Shown here: one piece after another, positions 25,681-37,749 of the stretch
Layout: each line of letters starts with the position of its first letter
How positions within the stretch are numbered: the stretch's first letter is position 1
Origin: the human T2T-CHM13v2.0 reference genome, Homo sapiens
NCBI RefSeq assembly: GCF_009914755.1
Contig: NC_060942.1
DNA: 64,000 nt
Direction: 5' to 3' (one strand)
The notes under the pieces: model-generated
What the model saw: only the letters and a program-made list of their open reading frames with translations
What the model was told of the DNA's origin: nothing
The model's database searches: none
Translations under genes and position numbers: made by a program

Positions 25681-28429
25681 ATTAGAAAAGTTTCTGTTGT
25701 TTAAGTTCTGCTTAATAGAGGCAGCCTCTGCTAGATTTCCCTAGGGCTTATGGATGGCAAGTGTCAACAGGAGCTGAGACCACTGTCATCTCTCCAGTGA
25801 CCTCTTCCAGTGGCTCCAGAAAGACCAACGGACCAACCTGTTGTCTCCAGAAACAATTTAACAGAATTGTCAGCCAGACTCCACAGCCAAGAAAGCAATA
25901 GCCCTGCAGGTATGTGTACAACGCATATGTGTAGGCAGCACAGATTTTCCTGAAGGCCAAGTCCAGTTATATGATATCATTTGGGAGGGCCACATGTACA
26001 TTTGCATCTGGTTTGCATCTAATTTGGAAAAGCCGACATAGATCGTGTGCCGTATTATTAGGTAATTTTTCAAGTTTGGAGTCTCAGAGTTGCTCCACTC
26101 AATTTGTTCAGTGGATGGACTCAGTTATTGACTGATGAATTACAGCTTGCTCCGGGGTTCCTGGCCTAGGAGGGGCAGCCTGTGGTCATGCAAGCTTTCC
26201 TGTTCTGTGTTCCATGCACACACAAGCCAAGCTACCATTGTGGGGCAGCTCTTATCCCATGGGGGGAACCTCCTTCTCACTAGCTGGCCTCTGGCATGGA
26301 GGAGGGAGGTGCATGGGTGCGGATGAAGTGGAAGGAGGCCCACTCTAGCTGATCCCCTTCCAAGCAAGGCCTAGATGGAGGGGGCCTTCCAAATGGAACA
26401 AAAGGGAAAATGACAGAAGAGAGCAAGCATTTCTATTTATCTAAACACAGGATCAAGATGTACAGTGGGAAAGTGAAATTATGCTGCAATTTTGAAAGTC
26501 ATCCACTGAAGATAAACTCTCCCTTCAAAGGAATTACTCATTTCACTCCATCATGATACCTCAGGGTCTATCAGTATTCAAATTTATTAAGCAATAACAT
26601 GCAGAATGTATGATATAAAGGGCCTGTGTCATCACACATTCCCCACGCTATTTTTTTTTTTTGCTAAGTCATGAGAAGTGCAGCAAGTTAAAAATCAAAC
26701 AAAAATTAACAAGCACACACACACAAGATGGAAAATAAATCCTCCGTGGAAGTTACTATGAAGCAGGAGGCTTTAGAAAGGAAAAACACAATCTCTGACT
26801 AATATGAAGGAGACTCCAAATTGCTCTTGGCAACAATCTCTCAACCCGATTCCCCTCCCTCTATTCATCTCCACAGTTCCCAGCCAAAGGAAAATAAACT
26901 GAACAGCTCTCTCCCTGGCCCAACCTGTAGGGCTGCCTGGCTGAGCAAGGGCTGAGCAAACAAACATCCCCATGCAATTATACACCTGTGTAATTGCTGT
27001 AAACACTGGGATAGCCAGCTGGGTGCTCACGGCCCTTATCAAGCTGATAATCTCAATATTGGGGGAAAATGCCTTTATTCTGGCAGCACGACATCAAGGT
27101 AGTATGCAATATGATCTTGTGACCTCAAACCCAGGATTTTTTTTTTTTTTTTTTTAAGAAAAGGAAGTAGAAAAAAACTATTCTTCTAGCAGAAGTCGGT
27201 AACAATTCTGGGGAAAGAAAGTCCCAGAGCATCACTCAGATGGGTAATAGTTTCAAGGCAAGATTTATCAGTTCACCTTCCTCACAAAAGTGATAGTTAA
27301 TTTTAGAGGTAGTTATCTTAAACCTATTACACCATTCAGGATGGAAGGAGAGTTAACAGGCCAAACGCCCCAGATTATTTATGGCTGCTCTGTCTCAAAC
27401 ATCCATCCAACACCATTCTATTAGGACAGATATGTCTGGTCAGCTAAAACAAAGGAGGACAGGATTCTCAGGAAATGGCATTGTAAGTGGAGATGTAAGT
27501 GGATGAAGGGTCTTTCAGTTGAGTCCTAAAACCGCCCCGGAAGGCCAAAGTGAGCTGCTCTGTGAACCATGTACGGTCTAGAGACTTGGGTTCTAGTCTT
27601 GGCTTTGCTACCAACAAGTCCTGTGAGTGTAGACAAGCTTCCCTCCCCAAAGGTAAGGGCAGGCGCTTGAAGCTAAACTCGAGTCCTATGAAAATGCCAT
27701 CCTGGCCACTGAGGAAGTGGGCAGATGCATCAGCAGGGTGACACCCTGGGACAGTTCTCAGCCCGGCCAGCACTGATCCAGAGAGAGATGCCAGTACTCT
27801 CAGAGACTGTTTGGGCCTCTTCTTGTCATCTCCAGCTGGCATGTGCCAAAAGTGCAGACTCTTCGAAACCCACAACTGTAAACCCTAAATGAATAATCTG
27901 AACAGCAGGGGCTCAAACAGCTTCCTGGGCACTTGGGGCAGAGGCTGACTGTGCTGTGTGCATTCCACTGCATCCCCTTGAACCAGGGACAAGTCCTGGT
28001 GACTGCAGCATGGAGACTCCAGTCATTCTAACTTCCCCGCTCTTTCCTCTCCTTCCTTCTCCCTCTCCTCCTCTTCATCCAGGCCTCCTGCTGCTGCTTC
28101 TCAACAGCAATGCTTCCCAGGCTCCTTCCCAGGCTCCATCTCACTTCATCCAACCCTTTGAGGGTTGCACTATTACTATTACTATTACTATTCCCATTGA
28201 CAGAGGCCAGAGATCTCGTCTGATTTCAGTTACTGATGTATGCCCAGCACTTAGCATGGTACCTGGACACATACAGTAAACAATACAATAGCGTTGAATA
28301 AATGACTGATTGTTTAAAAAGAAAATGACATTAAAAAAAGTTAATATTAAGTGTAACACATACTATTTTCTGTTGTACTATAATTATACCAAGGCGATTC
28401 CTGTCTCTGCAGTTAAAGTGTAAGATTCT

Positions 28430-28560
28430 AAAAGACGTGGGGTACAATGAGTGGCTTTCAATCCTGCCTCTGCTACTACCTGGACAATGTATTTAACCCA
28501 TTTGGGCCTCAGTTTCCCCATCTGCAAAGTGGGGCTAATGATTCATATCTGATGTGGCCT
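28430..28560 (+). mobile_element. MIR SINE fragment
   Basis: GGGCCTCAGTTTCCCCATCTGCAAAGTGGGG core. Confidence 0.75.
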
Positions 28561-28899
28561 AATATGAGTCTTTTTTGGGAGAGTGGGTTCTTTTTCTATG
28601 CAGCCCAGGTTGTGCCTTAAGGGGGGAGGACCGGCACTGGGGCTACTTTTCTTTCCTGGAGTTTCACCCAGCGGGGGTTCCTGAGCCTTTCTAAGCCCAG
28701 AGAGGATTTAACTGGGTGAAAGAAGGGGAACGGAGGGAGTGGAGCTGAAACTTGAACCTGGCAGAGCCTTTACCACCTCCAAGCCAGCGCGCCCCTCCCC
28801 CTTCCAAAAAATCTTCTATCTCATCTGGAGAAACTGCTCGATTGTTTCAATCACTTCCTTTCTATTTTCAAAATTCCGCATTTAGAAGAACTGGAAGTG

Positions 28900-30330
28900 G
28901 TCTGCCACTAGCCGACCAATAAGTCGCTGGAGTGGGGCTTCCTTCTGCGCGAAGCTGGGTACCAGCTATTAAAAGAAAGAAGGCAGCCGCCCGCTGCCCA
29001 CCCGCCTGCCGGCACAGACACAGCCAGGACAACGGAAGCCAGGAACAGAAAGGAGCGACCCTGGAGCCCTCACCACAGAGCACGGCGTGGGGGACCCGAC
29101 GCTGGATGCTCCGCGCGGGGTGGGCGGCGGGCAGGGGGGCGTGGGTGCTGGGTTAGGGGGAAGCTCTCTCCATCGTCCTTCCCAGGCCAGCCCCGCGGCC
29201 GCTGCGCCCGCCTGCAGGAACTCAGGCGCTCCAGTGGGTGACGCCGGCCCGGGCGCCCGCGGGAGTGGGGACGCACGGGGTCAGTCCTTTTGCGCCACCC
29301 ACACCGGGCCGTCTCCGGAGCTGAGAGACTATAGCTCGACTCGCCTGCTCGGGTGGGAGTGCTCCCCATCCACTCACCCCCAGGTTGGAGTCCAGGGAAG
29401 AGCCCCCCACCCACCCAGCTCAGCGCGCTATTTGAGCCCAGGGACCTGACAGGGCTCCCGCCGCGCGCCTAGCTGGACTTCTGCCAATCGCTCCTTTAAT
29501 TTCTGCCCGTATCGCCGGCCCTCGACTTTTGCCAAGTTGCCATGGCTTTTTTCCCCCCTCCCTCCCGTCCCCAAGTTTTGCATCTGACTCTCAGGAGGAC
29601 CAAGCATTCTTGGGGGAGACAATTTAAACTACCAATGTACACCCGCAACTCCCTCTCGGAGTGCCCTTACGTTCCTTCGGCTGGCCCCTCGCCCCAAAGG
29701 AGCCCGCTGGCGTGGGCCGGCGGCAATGGGGCAGTGGCGAGAGTTGCTCTCTGCAGAGTTCCAGATCCTCTCTCCTATTTCGGAAGAGGTGCGTGGCCCC
29801 ACGCCCCGCAGGAGCTCCGGCGAGGCTGGGGGAGTTGAACGCTTTGCGGACGCCGCCACCCGCGCCAGCCAGAGCCGCCCCGCGGCCACCCGGCCACAGG
29901 GTCCCCGCAGCGCGTAGCGAGAATGCCCGCAGCGCTCTCCCGGCCGCCCGGAAGGGCTTCCTCCCCCACCCCCTCCCCACGGCCCGGCCGCTGGGCTCCC
30001 CAGAGCCCCGATCCTAGCCCAGAGGCGGGCCGAGGCCGCCGCAGACCCACCTGGCCGCCCGGGGGACGCCGCGCTCGTGCCCGGGCCGTGTCCTGAGCGC
30101 CGCCAGGGTCCCGGGCTGGGAATCCACGCGGCCGCGCTGCTCGCGGGAGCCTGCCGCAGCCGGCGGGAGGTTGTCATTGATTCGTGCTGGGCGAGTTAAG
30201 CCATTCCAGGAGTGGTTTTGAGAGAGCACTCCCTCCCCACCCTCCAACCAGAAGTATTTGGCCGGGAGCCCCTTTGGTCCACCTGTACTGTTAAGCGCAG
30301 GACAGGACGATCTCACCACTCGCGCGTTAC
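28900..30330. promoter_or_regulatory. CpG island 1 (candidate promoter or poised enhancer)
   Basis: About 1.4 kb, GC-rich and CpG-dense, with no recognisable repeat; CCAAT 28916-28920, TATTAAAA 28967-28974, GC boxes, X-box-like GTTGCCATGGC at 29536. Confidence 0.85.
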
Positions 30331-33300
30331 GCTTCACTTTATGACACCAAATTAAGCTCTTTGGAAAAGGTAAAGCAGAAATAAAGGCAAGGGCGGTGGA
30401 GGAGCTTTTCTTTTCCCCTCTTTTCTTCCGGGTTCCTCCGTTTTGTTTTTTGTGGGTTTTCCCCCCCTCTCCTTCTCTAGTACTTCACAAAATGACTTAC
30501 CACTTATCTCAAAGCAAGGGAGGCTTTTTATTATTATTGTTTTATTCAATTCAGCGTGTCTGTCTTTTTAGAGGCAATTTATTTCCATTTGCCTGAAACC
30601 TAAGCCCAATAAAATTACTAGAATTATATGTTTTCTCCTTACAGGGTCGTGAGTGTAACTTAACCAAATCAAACACTAAACAGCAATCCTTTAAGTAACA
30701 AAAAAAAGAGGGAGTGCAGGAAGTAACCACAGCACTGCAGCTCCCTCCTCCGTTGGAGATCATGAGACCTTGTGGGTGGGACCCACAGACACCCCTTCCC
30801 CTCGAACAAACAGACATATCACGCAGGCTGACTCAGAAATGCCAACTGGAGATTCCGGCAGTCCACACTGGGGTGGGCCAGCCACCAATCACAGAGGTGT
30901 GGCCAAACACCCTCTCCCAGGCCTTTCCTTCAAACCTCACACAAACCTCTCCTTCGAGCCTTCTTGAAAACTGCCACCTGGGAGGCTCTGGCCAGCTGGG
31001 TGCTGTCAGGCCTCTTTTACCCTGGAACTGACTGGTCACCTGGAGGAAATAACCATTTAATGCCTTGATACCTCTGCTGACTGTTCTCAGAAATGGGGGA
31101 AGCGCCAGGGGAGTGAATCTTTCCTGTTGATCATCTTACCCCGGTGCCATGGAAAATAAGCACAAAACAAGAGTCCAACGAGGTGCTTGGCCTTCCATGG
31201 CCTCTGCCACTCTTCTCCGGCAGGCCATGAGCCTTAAAGGATCCTGAAACCAGAAGTAAATCTCAAAGGTGCATTGGCCATGAAGGTTCAGGGATGAGGC
31301 TGTGCTTTGCAGAGCCCCAGAAAGATGGTTCAGACAAAACTATCTCCTCCAACAGGTGCCCCTTGCCTGAAATTCCAATGTTAGAGATTCATTCCTTCTC
31401 GGGGTATGCCCTGCAGGGAGCCTGCCCCAGAGAGGCAGGGAAACTTGTGTCAGGAAGGCAGGAAAGGTCGGGTCTCTCTCTGTGGTTCCCTCTAAAACTG
31501 TAAATACCCACCGCTGCAGGCAGGGGAGCAGGCATTTCCACAATAGACTAGAATGCATCTGTCAAACCCTCCATGCTGTGGAAAGAGGGCTGTGGACTGC
31601 TGCGTGAGGGGAGAGAGAGGCTGGGCAGCCAGGATGTGGTGGGGAGAGGCTGCTAGGTCAGGGAATTGGGTGCTGAAGGGAAGAAGCAGGGGTGCTTCAT
31701 CAGAGCAGGTGGACAGTTTCCAAGATTGGATGACTCCATAGCTTTTTATCAAAAACCAGGTACTCCCGGAACACCCAAGCCAAAGACTGAGAAGTCAAAT
31801 CCCTTTGTCCACAAAGGCACTAGTTAAATATCCAATGAAGCATTAACTCCACACTCCACTCCCAGACCCCAGGAGGTAAAGGTGCCAACACATGACCTGG
31901 ATAGAATCAGTATGAATCCAGAAGTGTTTGCTGTGTGCCCGTAAAGGGTTTGCCTCAGCGGCCTGGGTGGAGGTGGGGTGGGTGCAGTGGGGTGCCAACC
32001 TCGGAGCCTCTCTTCTTGTGGGGCAGATAAAGCACAGGCGGACTGGAGAGTGGGGCAAGGTGCATCCAGCACCCTGTGGGTGCATAAGGAACAGGGCAGT
32101 GCTTTTGCAGAGCAGTTAGTAAGGCAGGCTCACAGGGACAGGGCTACAGGAGGAGTGGGGCTGGGCAGGCCTGGAAGATGGTGCTGCAGGGAGCAGGAGA
32201 GGAGGGCATGTCAGGTGCGGGAGTGGAGGCAGGAGGGGGAGTCACTGGGGAAAGCCAGCAGCTGGCCTGGTTCAGAGGGTTCACTCAGTAGTTAAGAAAA
32301 CAGGAGGGGGTCTATGAGGTAGAGCCAGTTTATGGGTGCAGCTTCTGGCTGAAAGGAGAGAGTGCAGGGCAGAGCCTTGTTTGGAGAGGAGGAAGGATGG
32401 GAGCACCTTTTCAAACCCAGCTGGAGCGGGATGTGGGAGGGAAGCTGTAGGGAGGGGTGCACAGAGTTGAGGTGCCCAGCCCAGCTTACCCCCAGGCGGC
32501 TCCTCCTAGCCAGGGTTCCAGTCCCCGGACTGGAAGGAGTGTCTGGGTAGGCTATGGGTGGTGCCAGGGCCAATGATATTGCAGCCAAGAGCCTGGGGAG
32601 AGCTGGCTGCTGTCCAGCCCACCGGCTGGGTCCTGCAGTGGACAGTGAATGCCACTCCTCCCTCCCCCTAATCACTGTGTGTGTGTGCCCTGCTGGGACA
32701 CACCCTTCAGAATGGCTCTGGGCACAAAGTGGGGAGCCCCGCCCCACCACCCCTCCAGCCTCCCTCGGTGCCAGCTGCCTCCTGGGAACAGGAACATAAA
32801 GCAGTCTTAGTGAAGTGGGTGGGGAGAGAGGGCAAGGGGAGGCTCCCAAAGCCACCCACAGAAGGGGCTCTGGATGCACCAGACTCCAGATCTGAGTGTG
32901 CATTTCCTTTTGGGCCTGGATTCCTTCCTAGGCCCTCTTTGGCCTCCTCCTCCTCCTCAGCTCCCTTCCTCCAGCCCTAGCCCTTCTCAGCCCCCACCTC
33001 TGGCTCCCCGCCTTCCCGGTTCAGGTCAGCCAGAGCACGTGGAAGCCCGCTGGCTTCACACGGCAAGCCTGCCCTGACTTTCACAGCTGGCTCCAAACTC
33101 AACAACTCACTCATGTTCCAGTGAGGACGAAAGCTCCTACTTCAACCACCGAGCATGGCTCAGAAAGCTAAACAGAAGCACATAAGCAAACATGCTACTG
33201 TCTTAACTTGAAACCTCAGCAGGGCCTAGTCATCTGCTGGGGTTGTAATGTAGGCACACAAACAGCTTTGTGCCCACAAGCACACGCAGATACAGAGTGT

Positions 33301-33849
33301 CTGCACACACGTGCATAAAGAGGCAGACACATGTATGAGCTCTGTGATCTGCAAAGAGTATACTAATATTGACTGAGGGCCTATGCCCTCACTCTATGCA
33401 ACCACGCTGTGGGGTAGATCTTGTTATTTCCTCCATCTTACTGATAAGGAAACTGGAGCTCAGAGAAGTTTTACAACTTGTTTAAGGTCACACCGCCTGA
33501 CATATGATAAAATTGGACATCACACTGCATCTTTGTGACTCTGGTGACTCAAGGCAACCTGGGGTTCAAGCTCTGGCTCTTTGGTTCATACAATTGGTTC
33601 CCTAAGGGGCAGTGTGGTTTGCTGATGCATGCCTCAGTTTATCCATCTGAACAAGCAGGGTAATGACTCTTCCTGAACCCAAGAGGGTATTGTTAGGCAG
33701 GGGGAGGCTGAGAGGGAGGTTGGCCTTTGGTAGAGTGCTGAAGCAAGTCATCCTAGAGGATGTGCAGACATGGGAATGAGTGATACTCAAGCCAGAAACT
33801 CAGCGCCACGCTTGCTGCCTCCCTGTCCTTCCTGGCCCCCACCCGCGCC

Positions 33850-34525
33850 CCCAGCCAAACCATCCATCAGCAAGTCTGTCTCCAAAATAGAGCTCGAACC
33901 TGCCCTCTTCCTGCCACCTCTGCCACTGCTGCCCTTGGCGGAGCCTCTATCCCCTCTCACCTTGACTTCTACAGGCACCTCCTAACTGGTCTCTCTGCCC
34001 CATTCCTGTTCTGCTCCTTCGGCCCAACGCCACACGACTGCCAAAGCAATCCACTTAAAACAGGCATCTGGTCCTGTCATAGGGCACTCACATGCACTTT
34101 AGACTATTCACCATAGCCCTCAAGGCCCTTCTCTCGCCAAACTCCCTGCACCCCATACTGCAATCACAGATAGGCATCCCCCCCGCACCCCCCTCCCACT
34201 GTTCCTTCTCCTTCCTGCTGTGGGACTTGGCTTATGCAAATTTCCCAGCCTGAAATGCTCCCCCAACTTTGGGTCTTGCAGGAATGTCACCTCCTCAGAG
34301 AGGCCTTTCCTGACCACATAGATAAATTAGGATCTTGTGCCCCATTATCTATTTCAGACCCTTGATCAGAGGATTCATGCTCGCATTGATTTTTTTATTT
34401 GACTGTCCCTCCCACTAGAATGTTGGCTACTTGATGGCAAGGACCCATGCATCTTTTCTTACTGTATCGTGCCTGGTATGTCACTGGCCCCAGGCAGGTA
34501 TGTGTGGTACAGGTGTTTATTGAGA
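33850..34525 (+). mobile_element. L2 3' fragment
   Basis: CCTCCTAACTGGTCTC, AATGTCACCTCCTCAGAGAGGCCTTTCCTGACCAC, CCCACTAGAATGT, GTGCCTGG are L2 motifs. Confidence 0.8.
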
Positions 34526-34599
34526 GAATCCTAGATCTGGGAAACAGAAGGACTGGATCTTGTCTTGATGAAATTCTTCCATTGTAGAGAAAATTCGTG

Positions 34600-35130
34600 A
34601 ACTGGGCGGGGGGGAAAGTAACCCATAATCTCATCACACTAGGTAGGCTAATATTTATGGTGTCACGGTGGCGTGGGCAGCGGGTCAGTCTTTCTCTCGC
34701 TGGAGTGAACATTTCACACCGCATTTAACACAGGCTACACTTGTCATTCCTCCTTGTACTTCTTGGATGCTTAACAAATGTTTAATTAAATTTTGAGGAA
34801 AACTGAAAGAAAATGGAACCAGCTCAAGGGAGGAGGGACATGCCAAGCCTCTTCCTTCGTGGCCCCTCTGGCTTCCTGTCCAATCACAGGCTATGACCTC
34901 ACCGTTCTGAACTCCACTGTTTGCATATTAGCACCTGTGGATTGTAATGGCATGGCTCTATCACTTTCATCCACAGATCAGATTTTATTGAAATGTATTA
35001 AATGCCAATTTGAAATAATAATGCATTGCCGTTTAGCATTGAGAACAGACAGGGAGCCACGAACTGAAGCTAAGCTACACTTTAACAGCCCTTTATATGG
35101 TCACCGAGTTTACCCAAATCTGTTAGTTGC
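34600..35130. promoter_or_regulatory. Candidate conserved-noncoding/enhancer block
   Basis: AT-richer block with no recognisable repeat: TTTATGG, TTTAATTAAA, TTTGCATATTAG, TTTTATTG. Confidence 0.35.
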
Positions 35131-35820
35131 CAAGGCTACATACATTTCTGCCACTGTGTGTTAGGGGGGCAACCCAGCCATTTGGAACCTATCGGCCATT
35201 TGCCAAACTCCATCAAACTCCTCCACTTCTTCCAGAACATAATGGTGATCCAGAGAAATGGAGTCCTTTGGGCTTACTGGCCTTTGGCTGCCCTGTCCTG
35301 CAGGGGCTGGAAGGCAAGGGCAAGGAGCTGTAGCCCCAGAGGGAGGATTGGGGGCCAGCAGAGCCTGCCTCCCATTTAGGAGCACTGGGAGACCAGCCGG
35401 TGCTTGTCTGGGGCCCTCAGGAACCTCCGAGGGGGAGGTGTGGGCCAAGCACAGGGTGCTGGGTTGTTCTCTCTGTGGGAAAGTACCCTGCCAGGCTGGA
35501 GTGCAGGGCAGGACTCCTAGCCTGGCTGGCTGCACAGTAGGCTGTGCGGGGTCCCAGACCTCTGCTCACAGCCTGAGGGCCCCAGGGCTGCCAGGGCCTC
35601 ACCCTCCTCCCAGACTGTATCAGGTAACACCATCAGGCACCCACTGTGGGAGGAGGGGAGGGTGCCAGGCAGGAGCTTCAGCTAAGCCTGGCTTGTGGGG
35701 AGGAGTTGGGGTGGCTGGGCCTGTCACCATGGATCCCAGAGGAGGAGGGCTTGGTCAGAATTTGGCCAAGGTGGGATAGTGGCAGGAAAGGGGGTGGCAC
35801 CACTAGCTAGGGGAGGCAGA

Positions 35821-35947
35821 TTCCCTCTTGTCTTCCTTCCTCCCTCCTTCCTTCACTCCTCCCTCTCTCCCTTCTTGACTCTTCCTTCCTGTTCACCTTC
35901 CTTCTCCCTTCCTCCTCCTTTTGCTCCTCTCTCCCTTCCTTCCCTTC
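35821..35947. repeat. CT-rich (polypyrimidine) low-complexity tract
   Basis: About 125 nt, mostly C/T (CCTT/CCT units). Confidence 0.85.
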
Positions 35948-37038
35948 ACAGGTATGTACTACCTATTCTGTGCCCCACACCACTCCAGGCTTTGGCTATA
36001 AAGTGGTGAACAATCCACGTGGTCTCCACCCTTATGGAGCTGACCTTCTTCTAGCAGGGGAAAGATAATAAACAGATAAACATCTACCATGAACTCAGGT
36101 GGGTGAGTCCAGATCATTCAGCCCCATCCTTAGGCAAACCACTTTTCCATCTCCAGCAGCCTCTCATCTCATTTGTTCCCCACCCTCAGGGGCCAGGAGC
36201 AGCATTATAGCTCCCATATACAGTGAGGAAGTGGGGTTGAGGGTGGGGAGGTGACTTGCCTGAGGTCACACTGGGAGCACAGGTGGAGCTGCTGCAGTGG
36301 AACCTTGGCCATCTGCCTCCCAGGGGAGTGCTTTTTTCTTCCTCCAGCAGGGTCACCGGCACTTACCTCCAAAGCAGGGGAAAGATTTAATTCTGTGCTT
36401 CTAAAGACACTTTCTGTTTTTAAGAGAACATTTATGCACAGAAAACTAAGAAAAAAATGCACTAAGAACCTCACCCTAGGACAAACAACTAATTTACCTT
36501 ATATTAAATTACCACTTACTGTGTGCAAGCCAGGATCCCTGAGGGTCTAGGCAGCCTCAAGAGCTGAGGTCTGGCTACATTAGCTGCAAACTGTCATCAT
36601 GACCCACATTCCCTTTGTCAGCTCCTAAGAGCTGACAAAGACTCTCTCCTTCAATAAACCTCAGACAGGTTCCTCTGAGCCCCCTCTTGTCCTTGGGCCC
36701 TGTCTTTGGCCTGCCTAGTCCAGTTTTAACAAAAATGCTGCTAAGTCCGGTTAGCAAGAATCCCCCATCCCTTGATATCTAATCATCTTGACCTGTTGGC
36801 CTGCCTTCTGCAAGAATCCTGTTAAGTCAGTTCAGCGAGGATCCCCCTACCTTTGATGTCTCCTCTTGGTAATTTTCCATCCACTCACCACCCTCTGCAC
36901 CTTGGCTATAAATCCGTACTTGTCTTTGTATTTGGTGCTGAACCCGGATCCCTCTCCCCTATTGCAGTCCGGCCCAACTCTGAATATAACAAGGACAAGC
37001 GGGAGTACCCCTATTGCAGTAGTCCTGAATAGTCTTTA

Positions 37039-37353
<315 letters not shown>

Positions 37354-37375
37354 TTACCATGTAACAACTACATAA

Positions 37376-37749
<374 letters not shown>

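Noticed and set aside
29070-30337. Pro/Arg/Gly/Ala-rich ORFs in CpG island 1 (and 54479-55108 in island 2)
   Set aside because: Expected from stop-codon scarcity in GC-rich DNA; not recognised as any protein.
32292-32903. Longest ORF (203 aa, minus strand)
   Set aside because: Low-complexity P/L/S/G composition and no homology I can recognise.
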